Below are positions 1 to 11,280 of a stretch of 64,000 bases of DNA, in pieces. The translations under genes were made by a program, and so were the position numbers. Under the pieces are notes generated by a model that was not told where the DNA came from, ran no database searches, and saw only the letters and a list, made by a program, of their open reading frames with translations. This DNA comes from Iphione sp. A-MEVVRFRX5 (Eukaryota). The first letter of the stretch is position 1. Every line of letters begins with the position of its first letter. Location of the stretch: assembly GCA_976226885.1 (NCBI GenBank), contig OZ320321.1:56296001-56360000 (forward strand), given 5' to 3'.

Positions 1-2011
1 CCCTGTTTCATATACATGAACTAGGGTCATGTTGTTAGCCATAGGAGTGGATATTTATTTATTTATTTATTTATCTATTGAAATCACTCAGACACAGGGA
101 ATCAACCATAAAGGGCGATCTTCTTCCCCTACTCTTACAATACATGATAGCATTGTTTAGTCTTTGTCAAGAAGTCTTTGTTTGATAGTTTCTTTAAAAT
201 CTTCGTAGTCCATCACAGGATCTAAGCCTGGCCTTTGGTTGTTCCAACAGTCAGTAATTATATACATGCTCATTTTGGCGAATCCTTGTTTTTTTGCTAC
301 AATGGTTTGAAACTTGTAAAATTCTGATTGTCGTGTATTGACATCTACTTCTCTTCTTTGATATCTACAGTTCTCAAATCTGGTAATCTATTGTTCATCG
401 CTTTGTAACCTCTTAATAACATATTAAGCTCCAATTGTTGGTTTACCATTAAAGAATTGAATTCTCTATGCATCCTCTTGGTAGATGTATATTTGTCAAC
501 ATTGAAAAGCCTTCTCAATATTCTATTTGTAACAACCTGGATCCTTTGAGAGCTACCTTTGTTTGTTGACATCTAAATGATATCTAAAGAGCTACCTTTG
601 TTTGTTGACATCTTGTATGATATCTAAAGAAGTGTACAGAGGCACTATTAGGCTTTTATACAATAATATCTTGTATTTCTTGTTAGTACAATTAGCAATT
701 CTGAACAAGCATGAGGCTGCAGATAACATTTTCTTTGTGAGTATGCTAGTATGTTGTTTGAGGCACAGTTTTGTGTCAACTCATATTCCAAGGTACTTAT
801 AATTTTTAACTTCTTCTATATCAATACCATTTAACCTGATGTTACTATTGTCATTATCTTGTTTTCCAAAAAACCATATGTTTGGTTTTATCAATATTTA
901 ATGATCTTTTGTTATGGCATAGCCATTTGTAGACATCTTCCATTACAGCATTCATTTGTCTGGAAGCCATACATGAGTCTTTAGCCGCTACCTTTATGGC
1001 TGTATCATCAGCAAACATACATAAGTATGTAACATAAGTAGTACACTTTGTTAGATTGTTAGTTAAAACGTTTATATACAACAGGAGGAGTAACGGACCC
1101 AAAATTGAGCCTTGTGAAACTCTACAGGTTACTGGAAGAGTACTTGAGATACTTCATGCATGGTTTCTTGATGGCTAAATAGTTTGTTATTAAGTCATGC
1201 GTATCACTATTGATACCATAATGTCATAAATCATTTGATTTGACATTCCTCCTATATTGATACAAAAAAGTTCAGGGATTGTTTTTATTATTGTCAATGA
1301 GTTTGTTGATATAATTTTTCTTTGTGCATTTAATAAATGAATTGTATTTATTTCTATATTGTTTTGCAGCTGTCCAATCGATATCTTGACCACTCATCTT
1401 TGCTTTTACAACCTTTTTTTCATCTCTTATTGATAAAACATTGTTTGTGATCCATTTATGATCAGTATCAGAGTAGTGTTTTTTGTCGAAGGGGCATGAC
1501 TATTCATTGTTGACATTAGTTTATTTTCTAGTAATACTAGCATCTGTCCGCTTGTTAGAGTATTGTGCATTGCTGGGAAATCAGTTTTAAAGTCTTCAGT
1601 AAATTTTTGTACATCGATATTCCTATAATTTCTCCTGTAGACAATGGTTCTTGTACTTTTGGGTGCTTTGTTACATTTCAACTTAATATATATCCAATAA
1701 TGATAACTCATACTATTAAGAATTCTGCCATATTGGAAAATTTTGCTATTTATGTTTGTTATAAAGTGATCGATTGTTGTTGATACATTAGGTGTTACTC
1801 TTGTTGGTTTCATTTTCACCCTTTTGAAATTATTACTTCATATAAAGTCAAGAAGCGCCTTTGTTTGAGTACTATTTCTATGGTTAGTATTAATGTTGTA
1901 ATCACCCATAAATATAATTTCATCACTCTTATGCAAAACAAGTTGCAATATCTAGTTCAAGTTGGTAAAAAAGTCAGTGATATAACCTTTGGGAGGTCTG
2001 TATAGAGTTAA

Positions 2012-2946
2012 TACAGGATAACCTCTCTACAACGGACAATGTTGGGACTGCAGCCAAAGTGTCCGTTGTCGGGGGTGTCCACTGTTGCTGAGCTGTGATA
2101 GAGGGAAGGGTGGCATCAGCAGGCTGAAGGTGGGCAGTGGTAGAGGGAACATTGGCTGTGGTAGAAGGAAGGTTGGCGGTTGTAGAGGGAAGGTCGGCAT
2201 TGGAAGAGGGAAGGTAAGCAGTGGTAGAGGGAAGGAAATTTATGAAAGTTTCTGAATTCTCATCACCCCTAGACAATTGCTTATGTAATTGATGACGAGG
2301 CAAGGTCACACCTTCTCCAGGGTGTGTAGAATCATCAAAGACAGGCTGAGAGGTGTCCCTCCATGGTGACAAGCAGAGGTTGCACCTTCTCCAGAGGAAA
2401 GAGTGGCAGCGGCAGACTAAAGGGTGGGCAGGGGCAGAGGAAACAGTGGCAGCGGCAGACTGAAGGGTGGGCGGGGGCAGAGGAAAGAGCGGCAGCGGCA
2501 GACTGAAGGGTGGGCAATTAGCAAGAAGGTGACAAGAAGACCTTGCCTTCTCCAGAGAAGGTTCCTCCAGAGCATCGGGACAAGGTTGCGCCTCTCCCAG
2601 GTGTGATAGTCCATCAAAGAAGGTGTCTGAACATCTAAGGTAGACTGAAGGGCAGGCAGCGGCAGAGGGAAGAGCGGCAGCGGCATACTGAAGGGGGCCA
2701 ATGGCGGAGGGAAGTACAGCATCAGCAGAATGAAGGGTGGGTGTCCGATGTACACTCTGTAAAATGAGTGTTTGGGACTAAATAAGAAGTGTCCAAAGGT
2801 GGGGTGTCTGCTGTCTCTGAGTGTCCGTTGTGTCCAGGCGAGAATGAACATGATATAGAGGGTTTTTGGTTGGGACTGTACTGAAGGTGTCCATTGTAGG
2901 GGGTGTCCGCTGTGTCCGGGCATCCGTAGAGAGGGGTTATACTGTA
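2012..2946. mobile_element. TA-flanked MITE (pogo/Tigger/Tc1-like TIR) carrying GC-rich tandem repeats
   Basis: Left end tacaggataacctctctac (2012-2030); right end gtagagaggggttatactgta (2926-2946, reverse complement tacagtataacccctctctac). TA at both ends; the LINE APE frame resumes on either side. Confidence 0.75.
2095..2720. repeat. Composite minisatellites: 21-bp units (~2095-2235) and ~39-bp units (~2400-2700)
   Basis: Repeated ggtagagggaagg units (translate as PSTTANL heptads on minus) and repeated ggcagcggcagactgaagggtgggc units. Confidence 0.8.
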
Positions 2947-3887
2947 TATGCATAACCTTGTGTTTGGGTATAGATATGATATTATAGATACATTCCAAGC
3001 TCGCATCTAAATGTGCGAAAACCGTTTTGACATAGCTGGTCAATGTATATGACACTCAAAGTACTACACCTCCATGTTGGCCAAAACACTCTGTCATTTC
3101 TAAACCACGAGTAACCAGGTATAGATATTTCATTGTCTGTAACGCCTTTGTTTAACCATGTTTCTGTTATGCCAAAACACTTTCTATTTTTCTGTTTGAA
3201 AATTTCACATTGTAATTCTGATATTCTATTTCTAACACTGCAAGCATATAGATGGACTACAGTAAAACCTTTATTAGATAATTTACAAATCTCGTCAAAA
3301 TCTTGGTGCATATTATAGTTTACTAGGCTTTGTGATAACAACGATACCAGAAATTATATTATTTGGAACCATCAAAAATGTCCACGCAATATGGTGGACA
3401 AGTGTAAAGATGCAAAAAATTAAGGAACGGGGCTATATTACATTATAGCAATACAGTAAGGGAATATGTAATCCTATCAGTCACATGACATTGTATGATA
3501 CAATGTCATTGTAATACAGTTGAAACATGGAGAAAAATATGTACACAGTTGTTTGAATTAATTGGATAAGTAACAATAAAGTAACAGTAATGGGTCTTGA
3601 GTAGACTGAGTTCTTTAATACCATTAAATAGTAATAAGTGTAATCTTATCTATTTAGTTAGTGATACCACTTGTTGACAGCCAGTTGTCTGTCTTTGCTA
3701 AGTAACGACCCAAAACATCATGACGTCATGATACGTAACTGCGTGGTATGATGTAACAAGTGTATACTTACTCACAGTCTCCGTTACATTTACTGTAAAA
3801 TAAAAATATTTGTTTGGCCAATTGTTAGCTTTGTTAGGGAGTGGTTTTTTTTGTCTCTCAATTTGTCATTGCTAGTATCACTACTAG

Positions 3888-4311
3888 TATGTGGAAACAC
3901 TTGGATGTCCAGCCCACAATTCAAGAACAAGAAATAGATCAAGTCTATAGGATCGGTGTACCTACACCCTTTCATCAAACATTGTGGGTGGGGAAGTGAT
4001 GGAAGCTTTCGTGTAAACCAGTCCATTGTAGGTCCAGGCCGAATGGAGTTTGCCCTCCTTGATCATTTTTCTTGCCTTGAAAAATAGGTTCCTGATACTC
4101 TCGGACAGATCCTCATTTATATAAATGTTCTTTTGGAATTTTCTGAGGTTAGCTCTCTTGATGTAAAGGTATGTGCTTTGTGGACTGATTGACAAAGGTA
4201 ACCACAAGTGGCCTAATTTCTCTCTGGTAGGGTGTAGGTACACCGATCCTATAGACTTGATCTATTTCTTGTTCTTGAATTGTGGGCTGGACATGCAAGT
4301 GTTTCCACATA
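3888..4311. repeat. 83-bp inverted repeat (3888-3970 vs 4229-4311)
   Basis: 3888-3970 is the reverse complement of 4229-4311 with one mismatch (ttggatgtcc vs ttgcatgtcc). Confidence 0.95.
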
Positions 4312-4811
4312 TTCAAAACTCTGTTTAAGCCAGGCTCGTTGATCTCTTTAAGACCTACAATGCATACAGTTCTTGATTAGACAGCAGTATCTAATATTGT
4401 AGATATTCTTTCCTGACGTGATAAACGTGTATCCAGTTCGTCAAGTCTTGTGCTTGTTTCTTGATTAATAGCTTCTATTTCAGCTTGCATTTCTGTAAAT
4501 TTGCTGTTGTTATTTTCGACGAATTGACTCATTGCCTCTTCTATAGTAGGTTTGACAACTTCGCTGACAGCTTGTTTGACAATATCTGTAAGCTCTTGTT
4601 TATCAGTAACCATGTCATTGTCTCGGGAAGCGCTAGGCAAATTCTTATCGTCGTTAGCTGGTGTTCCGTCCTTGGTAACATCAGCAATATCACCCTTTTC
4701 ACCGATTTCTTTGTCAGGCACATCATTATCTTCCTCTTTCTTATTTCTTCCCCTCTTGTTCTTGTCTACTTTGTCATTAACGTTGGATTTGGATTTAAAA
4801 ATCATAGACAT
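3962..4811 (-). pseudogene. Frameshifted LINE ORF1 (coiled coil plus C-terminal IYINEDLS...WTYNG block)
   Basis: Coiled-coil-like 4377-4811; EIDQVYRIG at ~4240-4290; IYINEDLSESIRNLFFKARKMIKEGKLHSAWTYNGLVY in 3962-4243, typical of invertebrate CR1/L2 ORF1 proteins. Confidence 0.7.
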
Positions 4812-5296
4812 TGTTGTAGAAAGAGCTCAGTGTCAGCTTGGGGTAGCCACTCACCTCGTTTGAGTATGTCACTGCTCTGGCAAGGTTCCTTGCTATTATT
4901 GATTTAAAAAATTGTACTTGCCAAAAATCGGTATTCAGTAATGATCCACCAATATTCTTGTGTATTCTTGCCAATTTTCAGATCACTTGGACCTCTTGAT
5001 CCTTTTGTATGAGTTAGATTAAGCCCCTCCACGTCAAAAGAGCATCTAACGCATCTGAGTCACGTGACCCAGATGACACTAGCTAACATCAAAAAGCCTC
5101 TGAAATACCTTGCATAGGACTTCATTATTAGTGCCTCAACCATACTTCCGTACACTTCCTTGATATCGAGACCTTTTCTTCCTTCGCTTAGTTCTGATGT
5201 AATGAATCATGTGTATATAATTTAGGAAAACACGAAGTATATAGTGACTATAAATGTCTCAATCGCAGTGTGGTCTGTGGATGCTGAGTTTTAAAA

Positions 5297-5472
5297 TACA
5301 GTCAACTCTCGCTTAAAGGACAACCTCTGGGACTGGTTAAGTGTGGTCTCTGCTGCGGTCTAGTCTCCTCTGGGGTCCCTTTCTGTATCGAAAGTTCTGC
5401 ACTATGACAGTCTGGTCTCTGGTGAGGTCTAATATCAACTATGAGCTGGTCTTTACGTGAGATTTGACTGTA
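5297..5472. mobile_element. Short TA-flanked MITE
   Basis: Left end tacagtcaactctcgcttaaag; right end ctttacgtgagatttgactgta (reverse complement tacagtcaaatctcacgtaaag); TA termini. Confidence 0.7.
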
Positions 5473-6949
5473 AATGGGATTATTAATGTGAACGGGACAT
5501 TGGACAGAGCAAAAGTTAGATCTACCAGTCTACTACATTGACAAACGGCTAATTTAATCAACACGACACTGATACGTCTACGCTAAACCACCTGTTCCTT
5601 GCATGCCAGGCGAGCTTTCACTAAGCATGCACTGACTGTTCAATCTTTTGCTTTCGTCGGGCACGAATCGAGATGAAGATTAACGAACCCAAAGATAGGC
5701 CTCTTTTATCTTTGTCAGAGCATCTGCGATTTCGGAGCTCAATTAATTTGCCAAACAAATGTTTGTCCTCCGTGCCCTCCAATCTGCTCCTCTGAGCGAG
5801 TGGGCTTCAGCGAGAGCAACTCCTAGCCGCGATTTCATGTTTTAGAAACTAGTTTTCTGCGGGAAGCTAGTTTGTTTAGAAGGAATAACATCACAGTAAT
5901 GTAATAGAGGGTTAATTCCTCTCACTAGATTTCCACGCTACACAATGAATGTAAACGAATATCACGTAACGATAGTTAACGGTTCGAAGGTGGAAGTGAC
6001 GAAAGCCAAGGCCAAATTTCATCTGGATGATTCAGTATCCAATAGACTGCAGGTACGACCTCTTTCCAGGACATACATTTCAATATCATTATCCGGATAA
6101 TTGTAGTCGTCAAAATAAGAAAGCTTGACCCTCCTTTTTACTTCTTCTAACGAATACACCGCAATACAGCACATTTAACTTCCTGTTTTCGGTACCCGTT
6201 GTTTCTTTTACCTATTCAGAGAGCTGTAAAACTGAGCTTAAAGTAACGGTATGTAAATATTTTTCACTTTCGTAAGGTATGATTTCTGGATGATAAAAAA
6301 GTTAAAGAAACTTGGCATATGAGCTGAAATATGGATGATGAAGTACACAAATTTGACTGTTATATTGCAAGTGATGTTAATTTTAGCATTAATCACTTAG
6401 TGATGCTTACCAAATCTGACAATTCAGGGTTAATTCGCATGCTATGCATGGATTTTCCATGAGTTGAGTCTAGTCTGTATTTATTTTGTTACCTGCTGGC
6501 ATGTACATGTTCGGCACCATGGCTATTGATTTTGGCTTTTGATTTGATAAGCTGGATACTTGTAGCCTGAGATCGATGGATTAATAACATAGCTTGGTAA
6601 GGGAATATAGAGTTTCTATAATCTCCCCCTACGTCACAGCGGGCGAATACTCTAATCCAAACGTTGCCGATTACCTTGCTGAATGCAGAATGATATAATT
6701 ATACGGGAATTACCTTACTAATTCACAAACAAAACTACGTTTTCTTTGTATACACATACATTGAACTCGAAGGGCCTTGAACTTGTCATTCCAAGAAGTA
6801 CGATACTACTGATACAGTTGCCCTCTCAGGCTTGAAATGTGGAATTGGTTACAATAATAGGAATACACATATAGATTAATGCATGTTTTGTTATTTGTTA
6901 TATATGTCTGCAATGGGAATAACACAGGCCTTTATTAAGAGTAATTATG

Positions 6950-8800
6950 AAAGTTAATATCAAAAGATCATGAGTCGTTATGGAATACATGACGTCCTGA
7001 GTTACTTCGAAACCACCAACAGACTAAGAATTGTCCATTATGACATATACTAATATAAATTATGTTTCATATATGTCTCCATTAGCAATTCTAACACAGG
7101 AATGGGAATAGCACAGGCCCAAACTCGCACAGAAACAAGAAGGAACACTCGATTCACATTACAGGAGGTTATCGAACCTCTAATCAACGTTTCAATATAC
7201 ACAAACAATGCCAATCCCCTCTGTCTTTAACCACAGACAAGTTAATGCAACTCCCAGCAATGAAGGTAGTACCACCTCTCCTAAAACCATGAGAAGAAAT
7301 TCTATGACCATCAGGCACAAAATCACTCAACTTTTACATGAAATCCACAGATTAAACATACAGACAATCCTACTCATACAATAAGATAGAATTAATTGTT
7401 CAGGTTTAACAAAATACTTGACCTTTCATAATTTCACCCATATAACAGCACACATTTTGAAGAAACTTTTATTGAAAATTCGGATGGGAGAGCCATCCAC
7501 AGAAAACACATCATTCTTTCCCTTGTTAATATTAATAACTGCTCCAAAATCGGTGAAAAAAACATCTTCTCACTTCAACCCCTTTGAGGAAGTAAAAAGG
7601 TTTGTTTTTTTTACATAAATAGACACCTGAAGGCAAGAATACAGGCTAAAAGGACATCTGATCACACCCTTAGAATAATTCAATCTATCGTAGATCACAT
7701 ATATCTCAGACAAAGAAAATAGGACAGTCTCTTACTCTTCTCAGTCCTATAAGTATCGAGTCATATTGAATTCACTATAATCGGTTGGACACCCTAGTTA
7801 CCTTGCACCAGTAAACTAGACCTGATAAGTAGTTCCTAATGCATCTAAAGCACATGGCCCTACTAAGGTATGCCAAATGAACAGAAGGTTGACAATTCGA
7901 ACAAGGGAAGCACTCGAAGCCAAATTCCTCACAAAACTTTATTTTTCCCACTGCTTTTACCTACATTCCTTGGTGCTGGTCGACGCGGCTGGTTGACAAG
8001 GCCTCTTCCTTCGGGTCCTCCATTTCCTCCTGTAAACAGAATTAATTTCATCTCTACAACCTGCGTTTACCAGCCAAAGATATCTTAGGACTATATCCAT
8101 ACAGGAAATAGCATACGTTCTTGAGAAGGCACCAGCAATGTAATTATCATTCATATTGATATACTCTACTCTAAACAAAATGTTCATAAAACACACCACA
8201 AAAATATCTCATACAGGCTTTTTTTATGGCAGCGCCCCAAATTCAACAATGTACATTACTAAGATGATGTCGACCCTATCAAAATCATTTTCTTCATTAG
8301 ACGATATCGCCGCCTCTTCAATGCAGCTAGAATGACCGACAGCTCATAGACGTTAATATTTCCATCAAAACTATCACATGAAGGTGAGGACTCCACATGA
8401 TGATCACATCCATCTAAGGGCCAGGGTTCTTCTGTCCATTTACCGTAGAACCAGTCGTGTCCCATTAAACCACCGAAACCTTTCAATGAGAAGTCCGTTT
8501 TCACTACACATTCAAACTTCACAGTCTTAATGATTGTCTTCCTACATGTTGAACATGTCGATGATATTTAGCCACCACCTGAAATCCCTCTTTACAATTA
8601 TATCCAATTTGACTTTTGACCTAGCTGTCTTCAACATCTTTACTGCATCTTAAAAATTTCTGGTAAAAGTCCTGCCACCCTTCACAACAGAAGCACTATG
8701 CTAGAGCGAACCAGTGAGACATTCCAATTCCCTCTTACTCAACTTCTCTTCGTTTAATTCTTTCTTTCACTGACAACACCTTCTCAACTGAAAGAGTTCC
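6950..8800 (-). pseudogene. Heavily decayed LINE ORF2 remnant
   Basis: Weak, stop-riddled resemblance to an RT QGxxLSP-region and a C-terminal CCHC-like motif (~7030-7110) in the expected order; no clean motif. Confidence 0.3.
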
Positions 8801-9049
8801 ATGTTAACAGAATCGACCAGTAGGCCAAGGAATTTTACATTGCCTTTTTGGCTCCACACACTTTTCATGGCACACTTCAAAACCAGTGTTACTAGTCACA
8901 TCCTTCAGAGTAACTTAAAAGTCTTGACATTCTTTTTCGGATGATCCCAACACAATAAAATAATCTAAGTAGTTGATTATTTTTCCACCACACCTATACA
9001 CAGATTAAGAGACACTAAGCTCAGATAGGCAGTTAGGCACTATCCCCAT

Positions 9050-11280
9050 GCGGGCAAACAATCCGGACCCACCAGTTTGCATGTAGATGACAGGAGGACC
9101 AACCCAGTGTATTAAAATAGAAATATCCTCATGTGCACGAGCTACCTGCACATGCCACCAGGCACATGCAAGTCAATCAGGGATGGTCCAGCCTGTCCAG
9201 ACGATGCTACCTTGTGTGGGCTGGAAAAAGACATTTAACATATGTATAAGTATGTTAAAGGCTTTATCATATGTTATGTTCTTTAAAATTTGTTACTAAT
9301 TTACATAGCAGTTACATAAAAAGCCACAAAGGTTGCACCAATATGCTTCACTTTCACCAAAAAGCGACAAAATTTCCACCAATTTGTCTCACTTTTAACA
9401 AAAAGGTTATTTTCTATATTTTATGTAAAGGTATGCAAAATAGTAACAAAATTAAGAACTAACATGTTTTACATTGGAATAGCATCTAAAAGATATAAGG
9501 CATGCATTTCAGGCCCAGGCAAAATGAGTTGTCGACAGAGTATTTCTTTGACTTGTTATCCAGACTCCAACTAAAACCTCCGTACCCGCTATGCTTGGGT
9601 GAACCAGTGCTGAATGATATGCATTCTTGATGTCACAAGTGGACATCCATTCACCCTCCTCGAACATGTTACACACCTCGTATACAGAGTTGAATGCATA
9701 TTCTTAATGGGTGCTACTCATGTAATTAGTTATTGATTTTTAGGAGGCATTGAGCAATTCGTCACTGGATGGAGCTTGCCCTTAACTCTTCGGTATACCA
9801 CCCAGAGCACTAACACAAAGTGGATGACTGTCACATTCTGTAATAAACCCTTGTTCAGGTTCAGACAGAATTTTCTCGTCCATCTGGGATTTGAAGTCTT
9901 CCTTCAAGATGGACTCCTAGTTCTCACAGGAGTAAGCAGTATTACAATCATCGTCTACATTTCTGAATCCTTTCGTAATCCCTTTCCACAATTTGACAAT
10001 GTGGCATCACTCATCTTTGAGTCAGAGAGATAGACTAAACATCTACACATTTTCAGTGGACTCACAATACTACGTATGCCATGAACACAGTCACATTTGC
10101 CTCTAACACAAGAAGTACATGTTAGAGACTGAGCTACCATTGTGGCTACTCACACACAAGTCTCCATCCTCCGAGATCTCCCCATCGATGACAACATCTT
10201 TCAACACAGCGAGGACATTGAAATCTCTCGCTCCGCAATGTCAGTTACGTCATTAACAATATCACTCATATGCAACATCATTACCATTGTTCGAACCATG
10301 AATGATTTTCCCTCCTGCATCATCTTCACTGTCACGATCTAGTCAATCCCTTTTTGAAATAGATTTTGAAAAAAAAATTGAAATAGATTTTGACTTGGCA
10401 TTTCTGTAGTTGCCACCTGTGGATTTAGAGGTGAAACAATCTTATGATCTGTGCCCTGTCTGTAGATTATTTTGGTAAATGTGCTTGAACCAACAGTTCA
10501 GCTCATTACAATCCCCATTTTTGTGCTTAAAGCATATTCTCTTGGATTTCTTTAACTTCTTGTTAGACTCCTTTGCCTTGGCCACATCAATCATTGCATC
10601 CAGACTACCGGTATCGCCGTGACAGAAGCTTTGGGCACCCTCCTCCTGAGGCCTTGTTTCACATCTGTTTATCGTACTCAATCAAAGAGGCATTCGTATA
10701 GATCTTAAAAATACATTCTTAGACAATGTTGTACAATGTAATCAGAAAATTAGTGCACTTTTGACTTCCAATCGCACTGGATTGATTACTCACTGTGGGG
10801 CCACCTGAGAATCTATCAAGTTTATTTTGTGTAAGTTCAGAAGCCACCCAGAATAAGGATCTTCAACATCACCTGGCAATTGTGCTCTCATCCGCAAGGT
10901 GCCCTGCTATCTGAATCGGTTATAGCAAAAAATACCCTATCCATTAGGACTAGCAAGACCTTTGCTAGTTAAGTTGCCGATAGGACGAACTGTTACTCCA
11001 TAAATGTAAGAGATGTACTGCCGAGAACACAATTGATTTACACCACTTTGTTGTGTGCCCATTGCCAAACCAGGATGACACTGGTGCAACCGTCGCCAAG
11101 CCACGTAAACCACTGGTACGGAGGGCAGTTTCCATGTGGACATCCAAGAGGTCCATCATTAGTGCAAGTTATCGTTGTAAGCAGTGGGAGCCTCCAGCAG
11201 GGTGTAGACAGATGCCCCAGGCAGCAATCGTGACGGCAGCTAACAGGTCGTAACCCCCCGCTATTTACAATTGGTTGTGA
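9050..11280 (-). mobile_element. Decayed tyrosine-recombinase retrotransposon (DIRS/Ngaro-like): gag and RT remnants
   Basis: RT: GGIPKS...WMSTCDIKNAYH...GFSW...FCLGLKC at ~9500-9800. gag: IEYDKQ (~10670-10690) and CCCH-type finger ICFKHKNGDCNELNCWFKH in ORF 10442-10681. No recombinase domain recognised. Confidence 0.65.

Larger units (their letters stand above)
52..5070 (-). mobile_element. Decayed full-length CR1/L2-type LINE (ORF1 + APE-RT ORF2), interrupted by a MITE
   Basis: (TAAA)n tail at 52-75. ORF2 fragments in correct order on minus strand: APE (GITETWL, GYSWFRNDR at 2982-3341; LYRPP and GDYNIN after the MITE; TTIDHF at 1427-1819), RT (GPLLLLLYIN, FADD at 854-1102), C-terminus to ~170. 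ORF1 pieces at 3790-4811. The 5' boundary is approximate. Confidence 0.85.

Noticed and set aside
1974-3055. ORFs 1974-2372 and 2417-3055 as genes
   Set aside because: They are translations of tandem repeats and MITE sequence
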